Below the pieces are notes generated by a model. That model was not told the DNA's origin. It saw only the letters and a program-made list of their open reading frames with translations, and ran no database searches. From assembly GCA_902509555.1 (NCBI GenBank), contig CABWYS010000004.1, positions 1,771-65,770 of the forward strand: a stretch of DNA of 64,000 nt, read 5' to 3'. The translations under genes and the position numbers were made by a program. This document shows, one piece after another, positions 53,038 through 62,693 of this stretch. Position 1 is the stretch's first letter. Every line of letters starts with the position of its first letter. Origin of the DNA: an uncultured SAR86 cluster bacterium (GTDB lineage Bacteria > Pseudomonadota > Gammaproteobacteria > Magnimaribacterales > D2472).

Positions 53038-53364
53038 CTAATCTTGCTTGTTTACAGGCTGAATATTAATAGGCAAGGGAGATACCTGACTTTTATTTTG
53101 CTTGATCTTTGCTTCGCCAGACTCAATTACCTCGTCTATCCTAATCACTGAATTGATTGGGATATAAGATCTTTCAACAGACTTGAACTCTTTTTCTAGT
53201 TTTTCTGATGTTGGGTCAACTACTAGCTGTTTATTTTGATTAAATATATACTCTTCGACCTCGATGAAACCGTACATGTCACTTTGATAAATTTGTTTTG
53301 CAAAAATCTCGTAGATTTCTCCGAGTTGCATAAAAATTATTTTATATGTGGTTTTTTTCTTCAT
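53038..53364 (-). CDS. DUF1820 family protein
   Basis: YK.IF...G..YE..A, GFIE.E, VVDP..EKL..EF..V.RSYIP...V.RIDEV; divergent from miaB. Confidence 0.85.
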   Translation of the reverse strand: MKKKTTYKIIFMQLGEIYEIFAKQIYQSDMYGFIEVEEYIFNQNKQLVVDPTSEKLEKEFKSVERSYIPINSVIRIDEVIESGEAKIKQNKSQVSPLPINIQPVNKQD

Positions 53365-53374
53365 AATTAGATAT

Positions 53375-54709
53375 ATGGGTACAAAACTTTATATTAAAAC
53401 CTATGGTTGTCAAATGAATGAATATGACAGCCAAAAAACGTTAGAGATGCTTAAAAAAGATCCTGCTGTTGAGGAGACGGATAATCTTAACGATGCAGAT
53501 ATTATTTTGCTTAATACCTGCTCCATAAGAGAGAAAGCTGAAGAAAAAGTTTATTCAGAATTAGGAAGACTTAATAAATTAAAAAAAATTAATCCTAATT
53601 TGAAAATTGGAGTTGGTGGCTGCGTTGCTAGTCAAGAAGGAAAAAATATTTATAAACGTGCGCCTTATGTAGATTTAATTTTTGGACCCCAAACAATACA
53701 CAAAGTTCCCTCTTTACTTAAAGAAGAAAATAAAATTCAGGCTGTAGATGTATCCTTTCCTATTGAAGAAAAATTTGATTCATTGCCAAAGCCTGATGCT
53801 ACAGGCGCATCTAGCTTTGTATCGATTATGGAAGGCTGCTCAAAATATTGTTCTTTTTGTGTTGTTCCATATACCAGAGGAGATGAGGTCAGCAGGAAGC
53901 CTGAGCAAATATTTGATGAGGTTGCCAGATTAGTTGAGCAAGGAGTTTCAGAAATAGTCTTTGTTGGGCAGAATGTAAATGCATACAAATATTCATTGAG
54001 CGGAAGATTGCTTGGCTTATCAGATTTAATTGAGGTATGCGGGAGCATTGATGGAGTTGAAAGGATTAGATATACAACATCTCATCCGTTAGAGATGACT
54101 GATGATTTGATAGATGCATATGGACATGTTCCTCAATTAGTTAGCCATTTACATCTTCCTGTTCAGTCAGGCTCGAATGATATTCTTATAAAAATGAAAC
54201 GCAACTATTCAAGAGAAGAGTACATCGAAATAATAAATAAGTTACTTAAGGTTAGGCCAAATATAAAAATTTCTTCTGATTTTATCGTAGGGTTTCCCAA
54301 CGAGACCGATTTTGATTTTCAGCAGACTATGGATCTTATTGAAGAGATTAAGTTTGATGCATCTTTCAGCTTTATATATTCAGCAAGACCTGGTACTCCT
54401 GCCTCACAACTTGAAGATATGGTCCCGTTAGAGGTAAAAAAAGAACGTTTGTATCTTCTTCAGAAACGCATTGATAAACTCCAGCTCGACTATAGCAACG
54501 ATCTTGTTAACACAATTCAAAGGTGTTTGGTTACAGGAGTATCAAAAAAAGATGTCAACCAATTGCAAGCGAGAACTGAGTGCAACAGAGTCGTAAATTT
54601 TGACTTCCAAAATATCAATATTCTAGGTAAATTAGTAGATATTGATATTACCAAGGCATACCAGCGTTCATTGACAGGCAAGATTTTAAATTCTAGAGGA
54701 GTTTCTTAA
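53375..54709 (+). CDS. miaB: tRNA i6A37 methylthiotransferase MiaB
   Basis: TYGCQMNEYD, NTCSIREKAE, radical-SAM CSKYCSFC, TRAM domain; ATG at 53375. Confidence 0.97.
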   Translation: MGTKLYIKTYGCQMNEYDSQKTLEMLKKDPAVEETDNLNDADIILLNTCSIREKAEEKVYSELGRLNKLKKINPNLKIGVGGCVASQEGKNIYKRAPYVDLIFGPQTIHKVPSLLKEENKIQAVDVSFPIEEKFDSLPKPDATGASSFVSIMEGCSKYCSFCVVPYTRGDEVSRKPEQIFDEVARLVEQGVSEIVFVGQNVNAYKYSLSGRLLGLSDLIEVCGSIDGVERIRYTTSHPLEMTDDLIDAYGHVPQLVSHLHLPVQSGSNDILIKMKRNYSREEYIEIINKLLKVRPNIKISSDFIVGFPNETDFDFQQTMDLIEEIKFDASFSFIYSARPGTPASQLEDMVPLEVKKERLYLLQKRIDKLQLDYSNDLVNTIQRCLVTGVSKKDVNQLQARTECNRVVNFDFQNINILGKLVDIDITKAYQRSLTGKILNSRGVS

Positions 54710-54715
54710 AGCTTA

Positions 54716-55684
54716 ATGGCAGAAATCAACCAAACTCTCACGCAACTCAAGCTTGAACCAGCAAACACCAAAAACCTTAAATCTTTTGTTGGAGAATTAA
54801 ACGGCAATCTTAAAATTCTTGAAAAGGGGTTTGGAGTAAAAATTTTCCAAAATGGAAACAAGGTAAGCATTTCTGGTAATGAAGACAGCATCAAGAAAGC
54901 CTCTAATGCAATTCAAGATTTATATGCAACAACTACTCAAGGAATAGAGCTTTCTAAGGAAACCATTCAAATGGCAATAAATAACAATGATGACATCAAT
55001 CCAACCCCTATTTCATTGAGCGGTAATGAATACATAATTAAGACGCCAAAAAGAACAATCAAGCCCAGAGGAAGAAATCAAAATGATTATTTGGGTAATA
55101 TGAAAAATTTTGAGGTTAATTTTGGGGTTGGTCCCGCAGGCACTGGAAAAACATATTTAGCTGTAGCAAAGGCAGTAGAGATGCTTGTTCAAGAGGAAGT
55201 AAAAAAAATTATCCTTATACGACCTGCAGTTGAGGCTGGCGAAAAGCTTGGTTTTCTCCCCGGTGATTTATCTCAAAAGGTCGATCCTTATCTTCGGCCT
55301 TTGTATGACGCTCTATACGAAATGTTAGGTTTTGAGCAGGTGGTACGATTGCTAGAAAAAGAAATTCTTGAAGTCGCCCCGCTCGCATATTTAAGGGGAA
55401 GAACCCTGAACAATGCCTTTATTATTATGGATGAAAGCCAAAACACGACTGTCGATCAAATGAAAATGTTTTTAACAAGGATGGGTTTTGGATCATATGC
55501 TGTTATTAATGGAGACATGACTCAAATTGATTTGCCTAAAAATATTGAGTCTGGGCTCTCTCATGCCTTAAAAGTCTTAGATGGGGTAGGAGATATTGGC
55601 TTTACAATTTTTAATTCTAAAGATGTCGTTAGGCACCCTTTAGTCAGAAAGATTGTTGATGCATATGACAATTTTGATCAATAA
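54716..55684 (+). CDS. ybeZ: PhoH-like ATPase (YbeZ)
   Basis: GPAGTGKT, RPAVEAGE.LGFLPG, RGRTL, DESQN, VVRHPLV. Confidence 0.95.
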   Translation: MAEINQTLTQLKLEPANTKNLKSFVGELNGNLKILEKGFGVKIFQNGNKVSISGNEDSIKKASNAIQDLYATTTQGIELSKETIQMAINNNDDINPTPISLSGNEYIIKTPKRTIKPRGRNQNDYLGNMKNFEVNFGVGPAGTGKTYLAVAKAVEMLVQEEVKKIILIRPAVEAGEKLGFLPGDLSQKVDPYLRPLYDALYEMLGFEQVVRLLEKEILEVAPLAYLRGRTLNNAFIIMDESQNTTVDQMKMFLTRMGFGSYAVINGDMTQIDLPKNIESGLSHALKVLDGVGDIGFTIFNSKDVVRHPLVRKIVDAYDNFDQ

Positions 55685-56141
55685 AAAATTGAGCCTTAAT
55701 ATTTTAAATCATAACTACAAAGAGATATCATCAGAGTTAGAGTCTAGGCTAGAGTTATTAGCTGAGCATATTTTATGTGATCAAAACCAACATAAATTAA
55801 AAATAAATCTTAAGCTTGTTTCAAGCAATGAAATGATTAAGTTAAATAGAGATTTTAGAGCAAAAGATTTAGATACGAATGTTTTATCTTTTCCTGCAGA
55901 GAAAGATATTCAAAGAATTTCAGGAGAACTTGGAGATATCGCAATAAGTATGCCCTACATACAAAATGAGTCACAGAACTTGAATCGAGGCCTAGACGAT
56001 CATATGATGCATCTATTAGCTCATGGAATACTACATTTATTAGGTTTTGATCATCAAAAAAATCAGGATGCCAATATAATGGAGGCTCAAGAGATTAAAT
56101 ACCTAGAGTTTTTTAAAATAGCTAACCCCTACTTAATATGA
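55665..56141 (+). CDS. ybeY: rRNA maturation endoribonuclease YbeY
   Basis: TNVLSFP, LGDI, HGILHLLGFDH. Confidence 0.95.
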   Translation: MTILINKKLSLNILNHNYKEISSELESRLELLAEHILCDQNQHKLKINLKLVSSNEMIKLNRDFRAKDLDTNVLSFPAEKDIQRISGELGDIAISMPYIQNESQNLNRGLDDHMMHLLAHGILHLLGFDHQKNQDANIMEAQEIKYLEFFKIANPYLI

Positions 56142-56980
56142 CGAATCAAGATACTGAAAAAGACCAACCTCCGTCGAGTTTCTTAAATAAAATAAAAAGA
56201 TTTTTTACGATAAAGCCATCAAGCTTAGATGATGTGTCTGTGCTTCTAGAAGACGCGCTTAGTGCAAGGCTCATAGACAAAGAGGCCCAATTTATTGCAG
56301 AGCGAGCAATTAGATTAGGAGATACAACTGTAAAAGAAATTATGGTGCCCAGGGTTGAGATGGTCATACTTGCGCCTGATGAAGATCCAATGGGAATGAT
56401 CGCCAGAATAATTGATTCTGGCCACTCTAGATATCCTGTTCTTGGACCGGCTAAAAACGAAGTTCAGGGGATATTGCTCGCCAAAGACCTGCTTCCTATT
56501 ATTAACAAAGACTTAGAGGACTTTAATCTTCGTAATTTCATTAGAGAGATTAAGGTTGTACCAGAATCAAAGAAAGCTGACTCATTGCTTGAGGAATTTA
56601 AAAAAGATAGATCTCACATGGCTATTGTTATTGATGAATACGGAACAATATCAGGATTGGTAACCATTGAAGATATCTTAGAAGAGCTTGTGGGCGAAAT
56701 AGAAGATGAGCATGACTCAGATGAAGAGGATCTAATCCAAGTTAGTGAGTATGAATATATAGCTGATGCAACATTGGAACTATCAGAATTTGAAGCTAAA
56801 TTTAATAAGAATTTTAATGGAATGGATGCAGAAACTTTAGCAGGGTTATTTATTAATAAATTAGGATTCCTTCCTAAAGTTGGCGATAAAATTGAACTAG
56901 ACGATATGATTTTAGCAGTCACAGCTGCCGACAAAAGAAAGATAAAAAAAATTGGCATCACTATTAAAACAAATACATAA
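56138..56980 (+). CDS. corC: CBS-domain protein CorC/YbeX
   Basis: IMVPR, HSRYPV, VIDEYG..GLVTIED.LEE.VGEI.DE. Confidence 0.94.
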   Translation: MTNQDTEKDQPPSSFLNKIKRFFTIKPSSLDDVSVLLEDALSARLIDKEAQFIAERAIRLGDTTVKEIMVPRVEMVILAPDEDPMGMIARIIDSGHSRYPVLGPAKNEVQGILLAKDLLPIINKDLEDFNLRNFIREIKVVPESKKADSLLEEFKKDRSHMAIVIDEYGTISGLVTIEDILEELVGEIEDEHDSDEEDLIQVSEYEYIADATLELSEFEAKFNKNFNGMDAETLAGLFINKLGFLPKVGDKIELDDMILAVTAADKRKIKKIGITIKTNT

Positions 56981-58430
56981 AACCTCTTTAATTCAATACA
57001 TATTTTTAGGATTTATTGGCGCACTTTCTACCCTCGCCTTTAGCCCATTTGATATTAAGTTAGTTATTCCATTAACCCTGACAGTTCTCATTTACTCTGT
57101 AGTCAATTCAACGAATTTTGTTGATGCCCTGAAGCTTACTTTATCTTGGGGAATGGGTTATTGGATAAGTGGGACCGGTTGGTTGATAGTGAGTATTTAC
57201 TATTATGGAAATACAAACATTATAATATCTATCTCTATAATAATATTAATGGGAGCGCTATTATCAGCAGTATTCATTGCCCCTTTTGCTGCGATAAAAT
57301 TTATAAAATTTAAACCTAATATCTTTTTCTACAGTCTTGTGCTTTCAAGTTGTTTAATATTACTGGAGCTAGCTAGATTTTTATTATTAGGTGGCTTCCC
57401 ATGGCTATTACCCGGATTAGTATTTTTAGATACTTTTGGCGAGGTTTTAATACCTAATTTTGGAGTATATGGAGCCTCATATATTATTTATTTTATTTCA
57501 TCATTCCTGGCCTTAAGTATAGTAAACAATAAGAAGAATTATTTATTTACAGGATTAATCTTATTAGCCATTTTTTTGCCATATCAAAACAACAACAGTG
57601 AATCATTTGAAGAGAGTTTAAGTCTTTCAATTATCCAGCCATCGTTAAATCCTTTCGATAAATATAAGCCCGGATCAGACGCAAGCATCGAAGATGTTTT
57701 GGTGAATTTAACAAATAAGAATAAAACGGAAGATCTAATAATTTGGCCAGAATCACCATTACCCTATTTAAGCTCAAATCTAAAAATGGAAAAGCTGATT
57801 GCAAGGATTGAAGAGGGGCCAGAAGTTTTATCTGGGTCATGGAAATATAACAATAACAGCCTATATAACTCAATGAGTATTCTGGGGACCGATCAAACCT
57901 ACTTAAAGAGACATCTTGTACCTTTTGGTGAGTATGTGCCTTTTGAAAATATTTTAAGGGGATTGATCGATTTTTTTAATATGCCTATGTCATATTTAAG
58001 TGAAGGAAGCTCAAATCAAGATCTTCTGGAATTTAAAGATTTTAGAATCTTGGGAATGATATGTTTTGATATTGCTTTTCCCATAAGCTATTTACAAGAA
58101 ATAAGAGAGTCTGATTTTATAGTGAATATCAGCAATGATACATGGTTTGGAGGCTCGTATGGGCCATATCAACACCTGCAGATAGTTAGAGCGCGTGCTT
58201 TAGAGTCTAACAAATGGATTGCAAGAGGAACCTCAGATGGAATATCGACAATAGTTGATAATAAAGGAACAATTGTTGATATTTTAAATAAAGGTAAGCG
58301 AGGCTTTTTAAATGGGAAAATATATAAAACTTCTGAATCTAGCTTTTTCTACTCTTATGGGTTCCTGCTAGCGCCAATCTTATCGATTATTGTTCTAATT
58401 AGCGTTCTTGTATTAAGATTTAGATCATGA
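56952..58430 (+). CDS. lnt: Apolipoprotein N-acyltransferase
   Basis: GFPW, IWPES, K.HLVPFGEYVP, ICFD, SND.WFG, QH...RA.E. Confidence 0.95.
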   Translation: MASLLKQIHKTSLIQYIFLGFIGALSTLAFSPFDIKLVIPLTLTVLIYSVVNSTNFVDALKLTLSWGMGYWISGTGWLIVSIYYYGNTNIIISISIIILMGALLSAVFIAPFAAIKFIKFKPNIFFYSLVLSSCLILLELARFLLLGGFPWLLPGLVFLDTFGEVLIPNFGVYGASYIIYFISSFLALSIVNNKKNYLFTGLILLAIFLPYQNNNSESFEESLSLSIIQPSLNPFDKYKPGSDASIEDVLVNLTNKNKTEDLIIWPESPLPYLSSNLKMEKLIARIEEGPEVLSGSWKYNNNSLYNSMSILGTDQTYLKRHLVPFGEYVPFENILRGLIDFFNMPMSYLSEGSSNQDLLEFKDFRILGMICFDIAFPISYLQEIRESDFIVNISNDTWFGGSYGPYQHLQIVRARALESNKWIARGTSDGISTIVDNKGTIVDILNKGKRGFLNGKIYKTSESSFFYSYGFLLAPILSIIVLISVLVLRFRS

Positions 58431-58960
58431 AACTTCTAGTATTAATATTGACCCAGTTTATATCTATATCATTATTTGCAGATTATTCAATAAATGTAAG
58501 TATTTCAGAGCAAAGACTCTATTTGCTAAGCGATGAAAGCATTATTAGGAGTTACCCTATATCTAGCTCAGCTTATGGGGAAGGCCAGATAGAGAACTCC
58601 TTAAAAACTCCCCTTGGTAAACATGAGGTAAAAACAAAAATTGGAATAAATGTTTCTAAATATCAATTTTTTGTTAGCCGAGAACACATACCTCAGGAAG
58701 TTAATATTATCCATGAACCCATTGATTCTCCTGATGACTTTATTACAACCCGAATTATGTGGCTTACAGGTTTAACAGAAGGTTTTAACAAGGGCGGAAA
58801 CGTTGATTCTTTTGATAGATACATTTATATACATGGTACCCATGAGGAGGGATTAATAGGTAAAAAAGCATCACATGGATGCATCAGGATGCTGAATCAT
58901 GATGTTTTAGAGCTTTTTAGAATAGTTCCAGCAAAAACAACTGTTAATATCTATTTATAG
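58427..58960 (+). CDS. L,D-transpeptidase (YkuD) family exported protein
   Basis: Signal peptide, TPLG, IYIHGT, SHGCIRM. Confidence 0.9.
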   Translation: MKLLVLILTQFISISLFADYSINVSISEQRLYLLSDESIIRSYPISSSAYGEGQIENSLKTPLGKHEVKTKIGINVSKYQFFVSREHIPQEVNIIHEPIDSPDDFITTRIMWLTGLTEGFNKGGNVDSFDRYIYIHGTHEEGLIGKKASHGCIRMLNHDVLELFRIVPAKTTVNIYL

Positions 58961-58972
58961 GGTCAATATAAA

Positions 58973-61132
58973 CTATACACCGCCCATGTTAGCGTTTTTA
59001 AAGCTTAATAAATCTGATCTATCCTCTGCAGCAGGGGCTTCACCAAATGCGCCTGATTCTTCGGCTAGTTTTTTCAATAATGGAGCAGGTTTCCAGAAAT
59101 GCTCATCTAACTCAGAGAAGCCACTCATTTTATTAATAACTTCTGATAAACCCAGTTGATTTGCATAGAACATTGGCCCGCCTCTCCAGATTGGAAATCC
59201 ATAACCATTTATATAGACTATATCCATATCACCGGATCTTTGAGCTACACCCTCTTCTAAAATCCTCGCACCTTCATTTACAAGAGCCAAAATACATCTA
59301 TCTATAATTTCTTGATCAGATATCTCTCTTCTTACAATATTATTTTGATCAGATATCTCTTTGTAAATAGACTCATTTTCTGGCGCAGGATTTGGAGCTC
59401 TTGAGCCTTCTGAATAATTATAAAAACCTTTAGAAGTTTTTTGACCAAACCTATCTTGTTCACACAAAGCATCTGAAATTTTATTGGCTAGCGGAGTTTC
59501 CATATTAGCTAGTTTGCGAGCTCTCCATCCAAGATCTAACCCAACCAAATCCATCATTCTAAATGGACCCATGCTCATGCCAAAAGATTCTAAAGCGCTG
59601 TCTACTTGATTTGGCAGAGCGCCTTCAAGCAATAGCATATTTGCTTGGTAAGTGTATCCAGCTAACATCCTATTTCCTATAAACCCTGGAGCATTTAGTG
59701 AAACAACGGCAGCTTTACCCATCCTCTTCCCCAGAGACATTACAGTTGCCATGGTTTCGTCTGAGGAAGCCTTTCCTCTAACGACTTCAAGCAACCGCAT
59801 CACATTTGCGGGACTAAAAAAGTGAGTGCCCACTACTTTTCCAGGCCTATTAGTAGAAGCAGCTATTGCATCAATATCTAACCCTGAAGTATTGGATGCC
59901 AGGATGGCATGATCTTTTGTAATCGCATCTAAGCTTTTAAAAATTTCTTGTTTTAAATCAAGATTTTCATAAACAGCTTCAACCACAATATCGACATCAG
60001 ATAAATCATCATATGTAAGTGTTGGAGTTATTAGACCCATAACAATATCTTTTTGTTCTTGAGACATCCTTCCTCTATCTACCATCATTTGATAATTTTT
60101 TTCTATGACTCCCATCCCTCTTTCTAGATTCTTTTCATCTTGATCAAGAACTAAAACGGGTATACCAGCATTTGCAAAGTTCATTGCAATTCCTCCTCCC
60201 ATTGTTCCCGAGCCAACAATCCCAGCAGAATTTATTGGAAGAAGAGGCGTATCTTTTGGAATATCAGAGATTTTGGAAGCAGCACGTTCGCCAAAGAAAA
60301 TATGAATCATGGCTTCACGCTGAGGATTCATTAAACATTCTAGGAAATATTCAGACTCTTTTTCCATACCAACATCAAAATCATCTTCATTAATGGCAGC
60401 TTCTACACAAGCTATAATTTGACCAGGAGCAAATTGACCTCTTCTGCTTTTTGCTGCCAATGCTTTGGCTTCGGCAAGAATATTATCATCACCCCTAGCT
60501 TCAAGAACCTTTTCATTTTTATCTCTTACCTTGGGATGCACCTCTGATCCAATCTTATCTTGAAGAAATGCTATCGCATCATCCATAAGAGAATTTTCTG
60601 AAATTGCATCTATTACTCCTTGCTGTAAAGCCTTTTTAGCTGATATAGGCGTACCAACGAGCATCATTTTTAGAGCTTGTGATGGTCCAATTAGTCTTGG
60701 CAGTCTTTGTGTTCCCCCTGCGCCAGGTAATAAGCCTAAATTGACCTCAGGAAGACCTACTATGGCTTTGTTTGTGCCCATTCTATAATTACATACTAGT
60801 GCTGTTTCCAGTCCGCCGCCTAAAGCAGTACCATTAATAGCAGCTAAAACAGGTTTTTTGCTAAATTCAATGTCTTTTAATGTTGTGTGAAGGTCAGGCC
60901 CATCAGACTTTTGGCCAAATTCAGAGATATCCGCTCCAGCAATAAACGACCTTCCAGCTCCAGTGAGGATAATTCCTTCAATTGAATCATCTTCGTTTGC
61001 TTTTGCAATATATTCTGCTAAACCGGCTCTGACGCCGCTACTAAGGGGATTAACCGGGGGATTATCTACCTCTAAAATAGCAATATTTCCATTCACGCTG
61101 TAATTAACCTTACCCTTTAACTCATTTGTCAT
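58973..61132 (-). CDS. Bifunctional enoyl-CoA hydratase / 3-hydroxyacyl-CoA dehydrogenase
   Basis: AGADI, GGGLE, PEV.LG.LPG.GGTQR, G.GTMG.GI, EAVYE, SNTS, HFFSPA, GFIGNR. Confidence 0.95.
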   Translation of the reverse strand: MTNELKGKVNYSVNGNIAILEVDNPPVNPLSSGVRAGLAEYIAKANEDDSIEGIILTGAGRSFIAGADISEFGQKSDGPDLHTTLKDIEFSKKPVLAAINGTALGGGLETALVCNYRMGTNKAIVGLPEVNLGLLPGAGGTQRLPRLIGPSQALKMMLVGTPISAKKALQQGVIDAISENSLMDDAIAFLQDKIGSEVHPKVRDKNEKVLEARGDDNILAEAKALAAKSRRGQFAPGQIIACVEAAINEDDFDVGMEKESEYFLECLMNPQREAMIHIFFGERAASKISDIPKDTPLLPINSAGIVGSGTMGGGIAMNFANAGIPVLVLDQDEKNLERGMGVIEKNYQMMVDRGRMSQEQKDIVMGLITPTLTYDDLSDVDIVVEAVYENLDLKQEIFKSLDAITKDHAILASNTSGLDIDAIAASTNRPGKVVGTHFFSPANVMRLLEVVRGKASSDETMATVMSLGKRMGKAAVVSLNAPGFIGNRMLAGYTYQANMLLLEGALPNQVDSALESFGMSMGPFRMMDLVGLDLGWRARKLANMETPLANKISDALCEQDRFGQKTSKGFYNYSEGSRAPNPAPENESIYKEISDQNNIVRREISDQEIIDRCILALVNEGARILEEGVAQRSGDMDIVYINGYGFPIWRGGPMFYANQLGLSEVINKMSGFSELDEHFWKPAPLLKKLAEESGAFGEAPAAEDRSDLLSFKNANMGGV

Positions 61133-61277
61133 AATTATCTCTGGATTAAAAAACTAATCTGAAATTATATATATATTTAGAGCTTTGGGCTCAAAATATG
61201 TTGATTCTTAGTCGACTTCTTGCAAAAATAATAAAAATTTATATATTAAAATAATTTATATTTATTTATCATTTATA

Positions 61278-61305
61278 TTGATATTTAATTATAAGTATAT
61301 ATAAT
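61278..61305 (+). promoter_or_regulatory. sigma70-type promoter for the structured RNA / microprotein
   Basis: TTGATA-16 bp-TATAAT with an extremely AT-rich upstream region; predicted start about 61312, just before hairpin 1. Confidence 0.55.
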
Positions 61306-61311
61306 ATATTT

Positions 61312-61397
61312 TTTACCAGCATTTCTCTCCCCCTATGATTTGTTGGTACTTCTCTGGAATTATGGAGGGCTTCGGCCCTCCATCTCTTAATTAGAGG
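61312..61397 (+). ncRNA. Candidate structured RNA (sRNA or 5' leader), family not recognised
   Basis: Hairpin UACCAGCA/UGUUGGUA with CUCUCCCCCU loop; perfect 9-bp stem AUGGAGGGC-UUCG-GCCCUCCAU; small CUCU/AGAG stem over an SD. Confidence 0.6.
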
Positions 61398-61406
61398 TTT
61401 ATTACT

Positions 61407-61496
61407 ATGAAAGCACAATTAGTTGAAAAAGTTGAATTAGTTACATTGGTCTCTATATTCATCTCCTCTGTTTACGCTATATCTCCATTAGTGTAG
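61407..61496 (+). CDS. 29-aa hydrophobic microprotein (not in ORF track)
   Basis: MKAQLVEKVELVTLVSIFISSVYAISPLV*; GAGG SD 9 nt upstream; fills the gap to the gpx gene. Confidence 0.6.
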   Translation: MKAQLVEKVELVTLVSIFISSVYAISPLV

Positions 61497-61506
61497 TATT
61501 TAAAAC

Positions 61507-62031
61507 ATGAAAAATCTTTTTATCCTTACATTTTTAATAAGTTCGTTCGGTGTATTTGCGTGCTCTGAATTGCTTAATAGCAACCTAAGAGTTTTAGACT
61601 CAGATGACGAGAAAAACTTGTGTGAATACTCAGGAAACGTAGTATTAGTAGTAAATGTTGCAAGTAGATGTGGTTATACCCCTCAATATGCAGCTCTTCA
61701 AAGGGTTTACTCTAAATACAAGGATGATGGTTTTGTAGTCATAGGGATCCCATCCAGAGATTTCAAGCAAGAATTTTCTGAGGAAGCAAAAGTTGCAGAA
61801 TTTTGCAGTACCGAATATGGAGTTGACTTTCCAATGTTTGCTACTGCTAAGGTGAAAGGTAAAAATGCTCACCCTTTCTACAAAAAACTTATAGCAGCTT
61901 CTGGCAAAGAGCCTAGATGGAATTTTGCAAAATATTTAATTGGAAGAGATGGCGAGGTAATCGATCATTACAAGTCTAGAGTAACACCAGAATCTGAGAA
62001 ACTAATTTCAGCTATCACAGCAGTACTTTAG
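61507..62031 (+). CDS. Glutathione peroxidase family protein (Cys type) with signal peptide
   Basis: VNVASRCGYTPQY, FC...YGV.FPM, WNF.KYL. Confidence 0.94.
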   Translation: MKNLFILTFLISSFGVFACSELLNSNLRVLDSDDEKNLCEYSGNVVLVVNVASRCGYTPQYAALQRVYSKYKDDGFVVIGIPSRDFKQEFSEEAKVAEFCSTEYGVDFPMFATAKVKGKNAHPFYKKLIAASGKEPRWNFAKYLIGRDGEVIDHYKSRVTPESEKLISAITAVL

Positions 62032-62669
62032 CCCTTCCCTACAATTACTTTTTGCGGTTTGCAATTTGCAAATAATCCATTATCTAAAACCCCTGGAATT
62101 AAATTAATTCTTTTCTCTAAATCTAATGGGTTTTCAATTGTTAAATCTTTAACATCCAAAATCTGGTTACCTTGATCAGTTAGGAAACCTTTTCTTAGTT
62201 CGGGTAACCCTCCAATTTTTACAATTTCACGAGCGACATAGCTTCTGCTTTTAATCATTACCTCGACCGGAAGAGGGAAATTACCCAGCGCTTTAACTAG
62301 CTTTGATTCATCAACAATACAAACAAATTCATTTGATGCTGATGCAACAATCTTTTCTCTAGTGTGGGCCCCACCTCCGCCTTTTATTAGATTATAAGAA
62401 GTGTCTACTTCATCAGCCCCATCTACATATACCAGAATTTCATTAACATCATTTAATTCAAATACCTCAATTCCAGATTCTTCTAATAATTGTGTAGATG
62501 CTTCCGAGCTAGATACCGCGCCTTTAAATATATGCTTAATTTTTACCAGCTCTTTAATAAAATAATTAACTGTTGATCCTGTGCCAACTCCGATAATTGA
62601 GTTCATGTCAATTTTAGGCTTTATATATTCTATGGCCTCAATTGAAGCATTTAATTTTGAATTGCTCAT
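62028..62669 (-). CDS. rpiA: Ribose-5-phosphate isomerase A
   Basis: GVGTGST, DGADE, IKGGG.A.TREKI, FPLPVEV. Confidence 0.97.
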   Translation of the reverse strand: MSNSKLNASIEAIEYIKPKIDMNSIIGVGTGSTVNYFIKELVKIKHIFKGAVSSSEASTQLLEESGIEVFELNDVNEILVYVDGADEVDTSYNLIKGGGGAHTREKIVASASNEFVCIVDESKLVKALGNFPLPVEVMIKSRSYVAREIVKIGGLPELRKGFLTDQGNQILDVKDLTIENPLDLEKRINLIPGVLDNGLFANCKPQKVIVGKG

Positions 62670-62693
62670 TATGGGTATAATACTTAAATTATT

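Noticed and set aside
61250-61285. Fur box upstream of the structured RNA
   Set aside because: The alignment I tried matched only 8 of 19 positions in a nearly pure AT tract
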